Assembly (NCBI GenBank): GCA_963714915.1
Contig: CAVQQM010000008.1
Location: 23,066 to 87,065, forward strand
Direction: 5' to 3'
DNA: 64,000 bases
Source: an uncultured Gammaproteobacteria bacterium
GTDB taxonomy: Bacteria > Pseudomonadota > Gammaproteobacteria > Chromatiales > Chromatiaceae
Part shown: piece after piece, positions 19,541 through 29,457 of the stretch
Numbering within the stretch: position 1 is the first letter of the stretch
How the letters are laid out: every line of letters begins with the position of its first letter
Notes under the pieces: generated by a model
Told to the model about the DNA's origin: nothing
Database searches by the model: none
Seen by the model: the letters and a program-made list of their open reading frames with translations, nothing else
Program-made: the position numbers and the translations under genes

Positions 19541-20470
19541 TCATGCCCCGCTGCCCGCGGGATCCAGGTCACCCTCTTGGGGGGCTCGACCGGTCCCGGC
19601 CGATTCACGCATGCGCACATGGATGGGCGCGAAGGGCTCGGACTGGACCAGCTCGAGGGCGGCAGTCTTGATCAGCTCCAGCACCGCGAGGAAGCTCACC
19701 ACCGCCCCCGGGCGACCCTCGGTGACATCGAACAGATCCGTGAAGGCGACGAAGGCCCCGCCCCGCAGGCGCTCGAGCACCCGTGCCATGCGCTCGCGCA
19801 GGGACAGGGACTCGCGCTCCACCCGGTGGCTGGTGAATAGATCGGCCCGCGCCAGGACACCGCGCAGGGCGATCAGGACCTCGCGCAGGTCGACATCCGG
19901 CGGGAGACGGCGCAGGTGCCCGGGGGGGATATCGGCCTGGACGGCATGCACGTCACGCTCCAGGCGCGGCAGGCCGTCGAGGTCCTGGGCCGCCTGCTTG
20001 AAGCGCTCGTACTCCTGCAACCGGCGGATCAGCTCGGCGCGGGGATCCTCCTCCTCTTCCGCCGCCTCACTCGAGCGCGGCAGCAGCATCCGCGACTTGA
20101 TCTCCGCCAGCATGGCGGCCATCACCAGATACTCGGCGGCCAGCTCGAGCTTCATCTCCTTCATGAGATCCACGTACTCCATGTACTGATCGGTGATCGC
20201 CGCGATGGGGATGTCGAGGATATCCAGGTTCTGCCGCTTGATGAGATAGAGCAGCAGGTCGAGCGGCCCCTCGAAGGCGTCCAGGAAGACCTCGAGGGCA
20301 TCGGGGGGGATATAGAGGTCCTGGGGGAGGGTCGTCAGCGGTGCACCCTGGACCAGGGCGAAGGGCATCTCCTGCTGGAGACCGCGGCCGTCGCGTCCGG
20401 AGGGCGGCATGGGGCCGCCCTCGGGGACCGGGCCCGGATGATCGCCGGTGTTGACCGCGGCTGGCTGCAT
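19541..20470 (-). CDS. scpA: Segregation/condensation protein ScpA
   Basis: FEGPLDLLLYLI, AAEYLVMAAMLAEIKSRMLLP, FLAVLEL. Start uncertain. Confidence 0.93.
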   Translation of the reverse strand: MQPAAVNTGDHPGPVPEGGPMPPSGRDGRGLQQEMPFALVQGAPLTTLPQDLYIPPDALEVFLDAFEGPLDLLLYLIKRQNLDILDIPIAAITDQYMEYVDLMKEMKLELAAEYLVMAAMLAEIKSRMLLPRSSEAAEEEEDPRAELIRRLQEYERFKQAAQDLDGLPRLERDVHAVQADIPPGHLRRLPPDVDLREVLIALRGVLARADLFTSHRVERESLSLRERMARVLERLRGGAFVAFTDLFDVTEGRPGAVVSFLAVLELIKTAALELVQSEPFAPIHVRMRESAGTGRAPQEGDLDPAGSGA

Positions 20471-20502
20471 GCTCGGGGGACCCGGGGACCCGATCGCGGT
20501 GC

Positions 20503-21720
20503 TCAGACCATCACCAGGGACATGGCGTGGCGGACCTCTTCCATGGTCTCGCGCGCGACGTCCCGGGCGCGCTCGCAGCCCTCGTTGATGACGTTCCTCA
20601 CGACGTCGGGATCGCCCGCGTATTCGGCGGCACGCGCGCGCATCGGCGCCAGCTCGGCGAGCACGGACTCGATCACCGGTTGTTTGCAGTCCAGACAGCC
20701 GATCGCCGCCGAGCGGCAGCCCGCCTGCACCCATTCCTTGACCGACTCGTCCGAATAGACCTGGTGGAACTGCCAGACCGGGCACTTCTCCGGATCCCCC
20801 GGATCCGTTCGGCGCACCCGGGCCGGATCGGTGGGCATGGTACGCAGGGCCTTCTCTACCTCCGCGGGCTCGTCGCGCAGGGCGATGGTGTTGTCGTAGG
20901 ACTTGGACATCTTCTGTCCGTCCAGGCCCGGCATCTTGGATGCCTTGGTCAACAGCGGCGCGGGCTCCGGGAGGATCACCCGCCCGCCGCCCTCGAGATA
21001 GCCGAACAGACGCTCCCGATCGGCCATGGTGATGTTGCCCTGATTGTTCAACAGGGCGCGCGCGACCTCCAGGGCCTCTTGATCCCCCTGCTCCTGGTAG
21101 GCACGCTTGAGCTTGGCGAAGAGCTTGGCGCTCTTCTTGCCCATCCTGCGCTTGGCCTCCTCGGCCTTCTCCTCGAAGCTCGGCTCGCGGCCATAGATGT
21201 GGTTGAAGCGCCGCGCGATCTCGCGGGTCAGCTCCACGTGCGCCACCTGATCCTCACCCACCGGCACCCGGCCCGCCTTGTAGATCAGGATGTCCGCGGA
21301 CTGGAGCAGGGGATAGCCCAGGAAGCCGTAGGTGGCGAGATCCTTCTCCTTGAGTCGCTCCTGCTGATCCTTGTAGCTCGGGACGCGCTCCAACCAGCCG
21401 AGCGGCGTGATCATGGAGAGCAACAGGTGCAGCTCGGCGTGCTCCGGTACCCGCGACTGGATGAACAGGGTCGCGGAGCCAGGATTGATCCCCGCGGCCA
21501 TCCAGTCGATCACCATCTCCCGGGTGCTCTCCGGGATCAGGGAGGGATCCTCGTAATGGGTGGTGAGTGCATGCCAGTCGGCGACGAAGAAGAAGCACTC
21601 GAACTCATGCTGGAGCTCGAGCCAGTTCTTCAGCACACCGTGGTAGTGCCCCAGATGTAGGCGGCCGGTGGGACGCATGCCGGAGAGCACGCGCCCGTGA
21701 TGGTCGGAGACGGAGGTCAA
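20503..21720 (-). CDS. trpS: Tryptophan--tRNA ligase
   Basis: SGMRPTGRLHLGH, YPLLQSADI, VPVGEDQ, KMSKS. Confidence 0.97.
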   Translation of the reverse strand: MTSVSDHHGRVLSGMRPTGRLHLGHYHGVLKNWLELQHEFECFFFVADWHALTTHYEDPSLIPESTREMVIDWMAAGINPGSATLFIQSRVPEHAELHLLLSMITPLGWLERVPSYKDQQERLKEKDLATYGFLGYPLLQSADILIYKAGRVPVGEDQVAHVELTREIARRFNHIYGREPSFEEKAEEAKRRMGKKSAKLFAKLKRAYQEQGDQEALEVARALLNNQGNITMADRERLFGYLEGGGRVILPEPAPLLTKASKMPGLDGQKMSKSYDNTIALRDEPAEVEKALRTMPTDPARVRRTDPGDPEKCPVWQFHQVYSDESVKEWVQAGCRSAAIGCLDCKQPVIESVLAELAPMRARAAEYAGDPDVVRNVINEGCERARDVARETMEEVRHAMSLVMV

Positions 21721-21788
21721 TGGATGGATCTCAGATGGATGGCGGACGGATGGCGGATGGACAGCGGATCAGGGGTTGGGCACGGAGA

Positions 21789-22463
21789 TCATCGGGCGAG
21801 GAACAGCTCCTTGACCACGCCGGCCCCCGGGAGCAGGTCCACGGTCCCGATCACCGTGGGCAGCAGCACCTTGCCGAGCAGACCGGTCAGCAGCAGGCCC
21901 AAGAGGATGAAGATGCCATAGGGCTCGAGTCGCGAGTAGACGACGGCGAGGCGAGGCGGCAGCAAGGCATTGAGCACCCGCCCCCCATCCAGCGGCAGCA
22001 GCGGCAGGAGATTCAGCACCATCAGGAAGACATTAATCAGCACCCCCGCGGCACCCATGTAGATCAGCGGCAGGGCCACCCACTGGCTGGTGTGGAGCAG
22101 CGCGATGCCCAGATGGATGGCCAGGCCCCAGAGGATCGCCATGAGCAGATTCGAGCCGGGTCCGGCCACCGCCACCAAGGCCATGTCGCGGCGCGGATGG
22201 TGCAGGTTGCGGGCGTTCACCGGAACGGGTTTCGCCCAGCCGAACAGGAATCCAGCGAGCATGAAGGTCGCGATGGGCACCAGCAGGGTGCCGATGGGAT
22301 CGATGTGCTTCAGCGGGTTGAAGGTCACTCGCCCGAGCATCAGGGCGGTGCGGTCGCCGAGCTGGTTCGCCACCCAGCCGTGGGCCGCCTCGTGCACGGT
22401 GATGGCCAGGAGGACGGGCAGCGCCAGCACTGCCAGTAATTGGATCTGATTGAGGGCTTCCAT
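21789..22463 (-). CDS. Site-2 protease family (M50) membrane metalloprotease
   Basis: HEAAH, AGPGSN, NLLPLLPLDGG. Confidence 0.93.
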   Translation of the reverse strand: MEALNQIQLLAVLALPVLLAITVHEAAHGWVANQLGDRTALMLGRVTFNPLKHIDPIGTLLVPIATFMLAGFLFGWAKPVPVNARNLHHPRRDMALVAVAGPGSNLLMAILWGLAIHLGIALLHTSQWVALPLIYMGAAGVLINVFLMVLNLLPLLPLDGGRVLNALLPPRLAVVYSRLEPYGIFILLGLLLTGLLGKVLLPTVIGTVDLLPGAGVVKELFLAR

Positions 22464-22512
22464 CGCGGGATTATACGGGCAAGCGGAGGGCGGCCGGGCG
22501 GCCGCGTCACCC

Positions 22513-23136
22513 TCAGCCCGCGAACACGGCCGGGTCGCCCTTGCCCACCCGTAGCACCTGGGGCGGCTCGGCGGTCATGTCGACCACGGTGGTGGGCTCG
22601 AGTCCGCAGTAGCCGCCGTCGATGATCAGATCGACCTGCCGGTCTAGCGCGTCGCGCATCGCCTCCGGGTCGGTCATGGGATGCTCGTCACCGGGTAGCA
22701 TCAGGGTGGTCGACAGGATGGGCTCGTCCAGCTCCGCCAGCAGGGCCAGGCAGATGATGTTGTCGGGCACCCGGATGCCGATCGCCTTGCGCTTGGGATG
22801 GAGCATCCGCCGCGGGATCTGTTTCGTCGCCTGATGGATGAAGGTGTAGGGCCCTGGCGTGAGGGCCTTGAGGAGCCGGAAGGCCTGATTGTCGATCTTG
22901 GCGTAGGTGGTGATCTCCGAGAGATCCCGACAGACCAGGGAGAACAGATGCTTGTCGTCCAGCTGGCGGATCCGACGGATGCGCTCCATGGCGTCCTTCG
23001 CCCCGATCTGACAGCCGAAGGCATAGGAGGAGTCGGTGGGATAACAGACCACCCCGCCCTCACGCAGGATCTCCACAGCCCGGCGGATCAGACGCGGCTG
23101 GGGGTTGTCAGGATGGACCTGGAAGAACTGGGCCAT
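22513..23136 (-). CDS. yciO: Sua5/YciO/YrdC family protein
   Basis: YPTDSSY, LTPGPYTFI, IGIRVP, PTTVVDM; position between the PHP and S2P genes. Confidence 0.9.
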   Translation of the reverse strand: MAQFFQVHPDNPQPRLIRRAVEILREGGVVCYPTDSSYAFGCQIGAKDAMERIRRIRQLDDKHLFSLVCRDLSEITTYAKIDNQAFRLLKALTPGPYTFIHQATKQIPRRMLHPKRKAIGIRVPDNIICLALLAELDEPILSTTLMLPGDEHPMTDPEAMRDALDRQVDLIIDGGYCGLEPTTVVDMTAEPPQVLRVGKGDPAVFAG

Positions 23137-23163
23137 GGATCGGAGGGCTCGGGGGTGGGCCCC

Positions 23164-24060
23164 TCAAGACGCGGCTCGGCGCTGGGCGGGCATCGCCTCG
23201 CCCGACCCCGGGTATCCCCAATCCCGCCAGATCGGCACGCAACCATCCGGCAGTCTGGGCAGGCGGCCGAGGCCCACCCAGGGCTGAGCCCGCAGGTCGA
23301 GCAGGGGCCCGTGGAAGTCCGATCCGGCCGACGCGAGCAGCCCCTGCTCCCGGGCATGACGGGCGAAGTTGAAGGCGTCGTCGCGACTGTGGCTGCCGCA
23401 CACCACCTCGATCCCCGCACCGCCAAGCTCGCGGAACTCACCCAGGAGCTCCAGCAGCCTGGTGCGCGTCAGCTTGTAGCGCGCCGGATGGGCGATGACC
23501 GCCTGGCCACCCGCTGCGCGGATCCAGCCCACCGCATCCTCGAGGCTCGCCCAATCGCCCGGGACATGCCCGGGCTTACCATGCACCAGGAAGTGCCTGA
23601 AGACCTCGCGCTCGTCGGCAGCGAGCCCGCGCTGCACCAGATGACGGGCGAAATGGGTCCGCCCGATGAGGCGTCCGTTGGAGAGCGCCTTGGCGCCCGC
23701 AAAGGCCCCATCGATGCCCTTCTTGGCCAGCCGCCGACCGATCTCCTCCGCCCGCCAGTCGCGGAAGGTGCGCAGCCCCGCCAGCCCGCTGCCCAGGGCC
23801 GGGTTCCCGGGATCGATGCGGAGCCCGACCACGTGGACGGTCCGGCCGCGCCAGGTCACCGAGATCTCCGCCCCGTCGATCAGCTCGATCCCGTGGGCCT
23901 CGGCCGCCCGGCGTGCCTCGGCAAGACCCTCAACGGTGTCGTGGTCCGTCAGGGCGAGCATCCGCACCCCTGCGGCCGCGGCGCGGGCAATGAGCTCGGA
24001 CGGGCACAGGGTGCCGTCCGAGGCAGTGGAATGGGAGTGCAGATCGGGAGAAACGTCCAT
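23164..24060 (-). CDS. PHP-domain phosphoesterase (TrpH/YciV family)
   Basis: DLHSHSTASDG, LTDHDT, AHPARY, GSDFHG. Confidence 0.92.
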   Translation of the reverse strand: MDVSPDLHSHSTASDGTLCPSELIARAAAAGVRMLALTDHDTVEGLAEARRAAEAHGIELIDGAEISVTWRGRTVHVVGLRIDPGNPALGSGLAGLRTFRDWRAEEIGRRLAKKGIDGAFAGAKALSNGRLIGRTHFARHLVQRGLAADEREVFRHFLVHGKPGHVPGDWASLEDAVGWIRAAGGQAVIAHPARYKLTRTRLLELLGEFRELGGAGIEVVCGSHSRDDAFNFARHAREQGLLASAGSDFHGPLLDLRAQPWVGLGRLPRLPDGCVPIWRDWGYPGSGEAMPAQRRAAS

Positions 24061-24117
24061 CCCGGCATTCTACCCCGGCGCCACCCACTGGCGACGGCCC
24101 GCGGCCGGATTGCTATC

Positions 24118-24870
24118 ATGGCCGGCATGCTGCCGCCGATCGATCTCAGCCATGTCTGCGAAGAGTTCGCGCGTCTCGGGGACGAGCTCCAACACGCCTC
24201 CGACGAGGGTGGCGAGGCGCTGGAGACCCCGCCGCAGGTGCTGGTCACCGGCATGACCGCGCTGCTCGACACCCTGAGACATCTCGGCGCAAGCTCGCCG
24301 GCGGCCTTTGCCCCCGCTGTGCGCGGGCAGCTCGGCAGCGAACCCGAGCTGATGCTCGGCCACGGGTTGCGGTTCATCGGCGACCTGGCCGCGCTGGCCC
24401 GGCGGCTGGATCAGGCCCAGGCGGCCCGGTCCGCGGAGACGCTGGCGCTGCCGCTCGCCTGCTGGATGCTGCGCCGCGGGGTGGAGCTCGAGACGCCCGA
24501 GCTGGTAGTGAACGCGGCCGCGACCCTCGCCAACCAACTCCGTGAGCCCGACGAGCTTGCGGTGCTGCACGGCCTGATGAGCGAGATCGTCGAGGGTGTG
24601 AGCCCGGCCGCGATCCACACGGACCCCCTCAACCCCAACCGACCATGGCGCCTGCTGCTCCTCAATCGGGGCATCGTCGCCACCCGCAGCCACCGGACCA
24701 ACCTGATGGTCGAGTCCTTCCAGGCCATCTGCGAGCAGCTCCCGGACGATGCCGCCGAGTTCTTTCGCGAGGGGATGGGCCAGATGGAGGCGCTGGACTA
24801 TCCGCCGCCGGTGCGCGAGGTCATGGAGCGCTACTACCGGCTCTGGTGCGCCGACCAGCGCCTGCACTGA
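24118..24870 (+). CDS. Hypothetical alpha-helical protein
   Basis: Coding-like 3' part of ORF 22798..24870 (PWRLLLLNRGIVATRSH, FFREGMGQM); divergent from the PHP gene. Confidence 0.75.
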   Translation: MAGMLPPIDLSHVCEEFARLGDELQHASDEGGEALETPPQVLVTGMTALLDTLRHLGASSPAAFAPAVRGQLGSEPELMLGHGLRFIGDLAALARRLDQAQAARSAETLALPLACWMLRRGVELETPELVVNAAATLANQLREPDELAVLHGLMSEIVEGVSPAAIHTDPLNPNRPWRLLLLNRGIVATRSHRTNLMVESFQAICEQLPDDAAEFFREGMGQMEALDYPPPVREVMERYYRLWCADQRLH

Positions 24871-24906
24871 GTCGCTTCACCTACCCGACACCCGCGGGGC
24901 CGTGTC

Positions 24907-27900
24907 TTAGCCCGCCCGGGCTGTTAGACCGGGCCTCCCAGACGTGATCCGCCAAAGGGTCCTCAGGCCGGCGGGTCGCCCGCCGCCGAGGTTCTCTTCC
25001 GTCGTGCGCCAGGTCAGCAGCAGATCCTCGGGCGGCAACGGGTGGCCGAAGAGGTAGCCCTGGGCGATCCGGCAGCCCTCACGGGCGAGAAACGCGGCCT
25101 GCTCCTCCCGCTCGACCCCTTCAGCGATGACCTCCAGCCCAAGGTCCCGGCCGATCCCGATGATGGCCCGGGCGATGGCCTCGTCCTTGCTGTCCTGGGA
25201 GATGTCGCGAACGAATGAGGCATCGATCTTCAATCGATCGATGGGCATCCGGTTGAGCCTCCCGAGCGAGCTGTAGCCTGTCCCGAAATCGTCCACGGAC
25301 AGGCGCACCCCAAGCCCCCGCAGGGCGTCCATCGCCTCCAACGCCCGGCGGTTCTTCTCCATGATCATGGACTCGGTGACCTCGAGCTCCAGGTCGGCGG
25401 GCGCGAGGCCTGTCTCTGCGAGCACACTCTCTAGGGTCTCGGTGAGTGAATCCCGCTCCAACTGCTGGACGGAGATGTTCACCGAGATCGAGCCCACTGC
25501 GAGCCCCTGGGCACGCCAGTCGGCGACCTGCCGGCAGGCGGCCCGCAGCACCCAGTCCCCGATCTCGGTGACGATGCCGATCTCCTCGGCGACGGGGATG
25601 AAGCGCGCGGGCGATACGGCCCCGAGGCGCGGGTGCTGCCAGCGCGCAAGCGCCTCCACCCCCACCAGACGGCGACCGTCGATCTCCACCTGGGGTTGGT
25701 AATGGACGTGGAGCTCGCCCCGGGCGACGGCGCCCCGCAGGGCATTCTCCAGGGCGTGGCGCTCCTGGGCGTGCTCGGTCATGGCGGGGGTGTAGAACTG
25801 GAAGTTGTTCCGCCCGTTCGCCTTGGCCCGATACATGGCGAGGTCGGCGCTGCGCATGAGCGCATCCGAATCGGCCCCGTCGTCCGGATAGAAGCTCACC
25901 CCGACGCTGGCCGAGATGAAGAGCTCGTGATCGCCCACGGCAAAGGGTGCGGACAGCAACTCGAGCAGGGCGTTCGCCAGCACCACCGCGTCCTCCGCCT
26001 GGGGCTCGTCTTCGATCAGCACCAGGAACTCGTCTCCACCGAGACGCGCCAGGGTGTCGCTGGCACGCAGCCGGCGGGACAGGCGCTCGGCGACCGCCAC
26101 CAGGAGCTGATCCCCGACCGCGTGCCCGAGGGTGTCGTTGACGCCCTTGAAGCCATCCAGATCCAGGAACAAGAGGGCGAGCCCGGTCTTCTCCCGGCGC
26201 GCCCGCGCTACCGCGTGCTCGAGCCGATCGTGCAGCAAGAGGCGATTCGGCAGCCCGGTCAGGGCATCGTGGTGGGCGAGGAAGTCGAGCTTCTCCTGGG
26301 ACTGCTTGATGGCGGTGATGTCGCTGAAAACGGCGACATAGTGGGTGGTCTGACCGTCGGGATCCTGAACCGCGCTGATGGTCAACCACTCGGGAAACAG
26401 CTCCCCGTCCTTGCGGCGATTCCACATCTCGCCGCGCCATTGGCCGCGCTCGCGCAGGGCCCGCCACATGCGCAGATAGAAATCGCGATCGTGGCGACCG
26501 GAGCTGAGCATCCGGGGGTTGTGGCCGAGGGCCTCCTGCTCTGAATAACCCGTGATGGTGGTGAAGGCATCGTTGACGGCGACGATGTCCCCCTCAAGGT
26601 CGGTGATCATCACCCCTTCGGTGGTGCTCTCGAAGACCCGCGCGGCCTGACGCAGCCGCTCCTCGGCGGTCTTGCGCTCGGTGATGTCCATCAGGGTGCC
26701 GGCGATGGCGAGCGGGTGGCCGTCCACGTCCCAGGCGTAGACCCGCGCGCGGTCCAGGACCCACAGCCAGCGCCCCTGGGCATCCCGGGTCCGATACTCG
26801 AGCTCCAGGCGCCCGCCCTCCCCGGCCGGGGCGCCGTCGAGGGCCGTCTCCACCCGGGTACGGTCCTCGGGATGGATGCGCGAGCGCCAGGCCGCGAGAC
26901 TCGGCGGGCTGTCCTCCGCCTCGAGCCCGAACAGGGCCAACGCGCGTCCCTCGAGCCTTACCCCGCCCTCGAGCAGGTCCGCATCGTAGAGCCCGAGGGC
27001 GCCCCCTTCGAGGGCCAGCTCGAGCCGGGCGCGGGCGTCCGCGAGGGCCTGCTCCGCGGTCTTGCGCTCGGTGATGTCCTGGGCGGTCCCATGTAGCGCG
27101 ACCACCCGACCGTCCGCGTCGCGCTCCGGGTGGCAGACCGCATGGACGTGACGCAGGCTTCCGTCCGGGCGCAGCGCCCGCCAGTCCCGCGCATAGGGCT
27201 CACCGGACACCATGGCGCGCCCCAGGTCGGCCTCATACACAGGGACGTCCTGGGGATGGATGAGATGGCGATGGGCATCGATGTCCGGTGGCGGCTGGTC
27301 GGGATCGAGACCGAAGATGCGGTACACCTGGCGCGACCATTCGAGACGCCCGCTCGCGACGTCCAGATGCCAGTCGCCCACGCGGGCCAGGCCCTGGGCC
27401 TCGAGCAGACGCTCGTTGGCCTGGCGCAGGGCGCGATCGGTGCGCACCCGCTCCACCGCATCCATCGCCATGCCGGCGAGCTGGGCAACCATGTCCAGAT
27501 CGTCGCCGGTGTAGTCCGCCGGCTTGCCGGCGAGCTCCATCACCGCGACCAGGGCATTGCCGCGCACCACGGGCACGACCAGGGCCCGCGGGTCGGCCTC
27601 GAGCCCCCCTTCACCCGCGACCTCCGTCGAGGGGTTGCGCACGAAGGCCCCGGGCAGACGCAGGCTCTCGCGCCAGGACTCCGAGGGTCCGTCCAGTAGG
27701 TCCGGCGGGGCGGGGACGTCCCGCGATACCCCGAGGTCGCCATCCACGGGCGGGGTCCCCCGCGCGCGGTCGATGTCCTCGCCGAGGATCTGGACGCGGG
27801 CATAATCGCTCCGGGTCAGTCGCCGGGCGATATCCAGGGCCTGATCGAGCAAGGCATCCATCCCACCCGAGTCGGCCACCGCGGAGAGCTCCACCCGGGC

Positions 27901-29349
27901 CTCGAGCAGGGCCTGCGCCCTGCGGGCAGAGGTCACGTCGAGCACGGTGGAGACCAGACCGAGATCGGGTTGAGCCGGGTCCAACGGGGCCAGACTTAAG
28001 ACCACGTCGATCAACTGCCCGTCGCGGCGCAGCAGGACCGTATCGGTCTGGAGGTGTCCGTCGCGGGCCAAGGCGGCGAACTGTTGGCGGCCGAGGCGAT
28101 CGAGCTCGGCGTCCGTCGGATAGATCAGCCGGGTCGGACTGCCCACGAGGTCATCGGTGGCATACCCGGTGAGCTCGCACAGGAAGTCGTTGACCTCCCG
28201 GAAGCGGCTCCCTCGCACCAGGCCCACGCCGACCGGGGTGGCCTGGATCAATGCCTTGAGATGCGCCTCACTGCGCCGCAGGGCGTCCAGGTGGGCACGC
28301 TCCCGTCCGCGCTGCTCGAGATGGAGGAGCCCGATGGTGAGATTGCGGGCGAGTGAGCCCAGCAGCTCCACGAAGGCCGGTTGCAGGTCCTCGGCCTGCC
28401 GGGCCAGGAAGCTCACCACGCCGATCGTGCGGCCGGCTCGCTGGATGGTCTCGTGGTAGCAGGCGCCCACCCCGATCCGCGCCGCCCATTCGCGCCAGGC
28501 GTCGCTCAGGGAGTCGTCGCCGCAGTCGGCGCAGAGGTGTCCCTGCTCGAGCCCGAATGCCCGCAAGGGGGGCAGGCCAGAGGCCTCCGCCCCCTCGCCA
28601 TGGACAGGCATCCCGGCGGCGAGATCGGCGGGGACACCCGCGCTGGCGACCGGCACCAGGGTGCCGCGGACCCCTGCCCCATCCTGGGTCGTGACGAGGC
28701 TGACCACGCATCCGGCGAGCCCCCCCAGATCGACCGCGGTCCTACAGAGGTCGCTGAACAGGGTCTCCTCGGTCGCGGCATGCAGCAGTGCTTGATTGAA
28801 CGCCCCCAGGGTGGCGTAGAGCCGGCTGGTGCGGGCGAGGGCCGCCTCGGCCTCCTTGAGGCGGGTGATGTCGTAATGGATCCCGCGACGGCCGAGAAAG
28901 GCCCCGGACCCGTCCTGGACGGGCAGACAGCGGTGCTCGATCCAGCGCACCCGCCCGTCGGCCCCCACCAACCTGAGCTCCAGGGCGGCCGAGCAGCTCG
29001 CGGCCGTGGCGTCCGGACCATGGAGCATCTCGTCCAGGTGCCGCTCCCAGGAGGGGAAATCGTCGGGATGGAGCAAGCGCCCGAGGAGACTCGGATCATC
29101 CAGGAAGGCCTGGGCGGGATGGCCGCAGATCCCCTCGCAGGCCGGCGATACATAGCGATAGCGGCCGTCTGGTCCGATCCAGTAGTCCCAGAACGGCACC
29201 TGGGCCGCGATCGACCAGCGCGCCAGCTCCCACTCGCCGTCCGATGGGGCGGCCAGGGATGCGGGCCGGCGGGGAGGATCGCTCGGCGACGGGCTCGAGG
29301 GTCCTTCAGGCCCGGCGACCTTTGGCTGCGAGGGGGCGATACGCTGCAT
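24907..29349 (-). CDS. Multi-PAS/GAF diguanylate cyclase/phosphodiesterase (GGDEF-EAL)
   Basis: Several PAS/PAC repeats ending DITxxK, GAF-like segments, HDALTGLPNR, RASD I-site, GGDEF, EAL, DDFGTGYSS. Start uncertain. Confidence 0.93.
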   Translation of the reverse strand: MQRIAPSQPKVAGPEGPSSPSPSDPPRRPASLAAPSDGEWELARWSIAAQVPFWDYWIGPDGRYRYVSPACEGICGHPAQAFLDDPSLLGRLLHPDDFPSWERHLDEMLHGPDATAASCSAALELRLVGADGRVRWIEHRCLPVQDGSGAFLGRRGIHYDITRLKEAEAALARTSRLYATLGAFNQALLHAATEETLFSDLCRTAVDLGGLAGCVVSLVTTQDGAGVRGTLVPVASAGVPADLAAGMPVHGEGAEASGLPPLRAFGLEQGHLCADCGDDSLSDAWREWAARIGVGACYHETIQRAGRTIGVVSFLARQAEDLQPAFVELLGSLARNLTIGLLHLEQRGRERAHLDALRRSEAHLKALIQATPVGVGLVRGSRFREVNDFLCELTGYATDDLVGSPTRLIYPTDAELDRLGRQQFAALARDGHLQTDTVLLRRDGQLIDVVLSLAPLDPAQPDLGLVSTVLDVTSARRAQALLEARVELSAVADSGGMDALLDQALDIARRLTRSDYARVQILGEDIDRARGTPPVDGDLGVSRDVPAPPDLLDGPSESWRESLRLPGAFVRNPSTEVAGEGGLEADPRALVVPVVRGNALVAVMELAGKPADYTGDDLDMVAQLAGMAMDAVERVRTDRALRQANERLLEAQGLARVGDWHLDVASGRLEWSRQVYRIFGLDPDQPPPDIDAHRHLIHPQDVPVYEADLGRAMVSGEPYARDWRALRPDGSLRHVHAVCHPERDADGRVVALHGTAQDITERKTAEQALADARARLELALEGGALGLYDADLLEGGVRLEGRALALFGLEAEDSPPSLAAWRSRIHPEDRTRVETALDGAPAGEGGRLELEYRTRDAQGRWLWVLDRARVYAWDVDGHPLAIAGTLMDITERKTAEERLRQAARVFESTTEGVMITDLEGDIVAVNDAFTTITGYSEQEALGHNPRMLSSGRHDRDFYLRMWRALRERGQWRGEMWNRRKDGELFPEWLTISAVQDPDGQTTHYVAVFSDITAIKQSQEKLDFLAHHDALTGLPNRLLLHDRLEHAVARARREKTGLALLFLDLDGFKGVNDTLGHAVGDQLLVAVAERLSRRLRASDTLARLGGDEFLVLIEDEPQAEDAVVLANALLELLSAPFAVGDHELFISASVGVSFYPDDGADSDALMRSADLAMYRAKANGRNNFQFYTPAMTEHAQERHALENALRGAVARGELHVHYQPQVEIDGRRLVGVEALARWQHPRLGAVSPARFIPVAEEIGIVTEIGDWVLRAACRQVADWRAQGLAVGSISVNISVQQLERDSLTETLESVLAETGLAPADLELEVTESMIMEKNRRALEAMDALRGLGVRLSVDDFGTGYSSLGRLNRMPIDRLKIDASFVRDISQDSKDEAIARAIIGIGRDLGLEVIAEGVEREEQAAFLAREGCRIAQGYLFGHPLPPEDLLLTWRTTEENLGGGRPAGLRTLWRITSGRPGLTARAG

Positions 29350-29457
29350 GACCGCTAGCCTAAACCTACCGCGTTGAATCGCCAAGGAACCAGCGTCACA
29401 CCGCCGAACGTCCCGCGAGCCAACCGGCGGCAGGAGGCTGGGGGAGCCAGGCGGGTA

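Noticed and set aside
21721-21770. Short degenerate repeats (ggatggcgga) upstream of trpS
   Set aside because: Too short and irregular for a CRISPR array or attenuator; no spacer structure or credible Trp leader peptide.
22798-24117. 5' part of the 690-aa plus-strand ORF
   Set aside because: It is antisense to yciO and the PHP gene. Only 24118..24870 looks coding.
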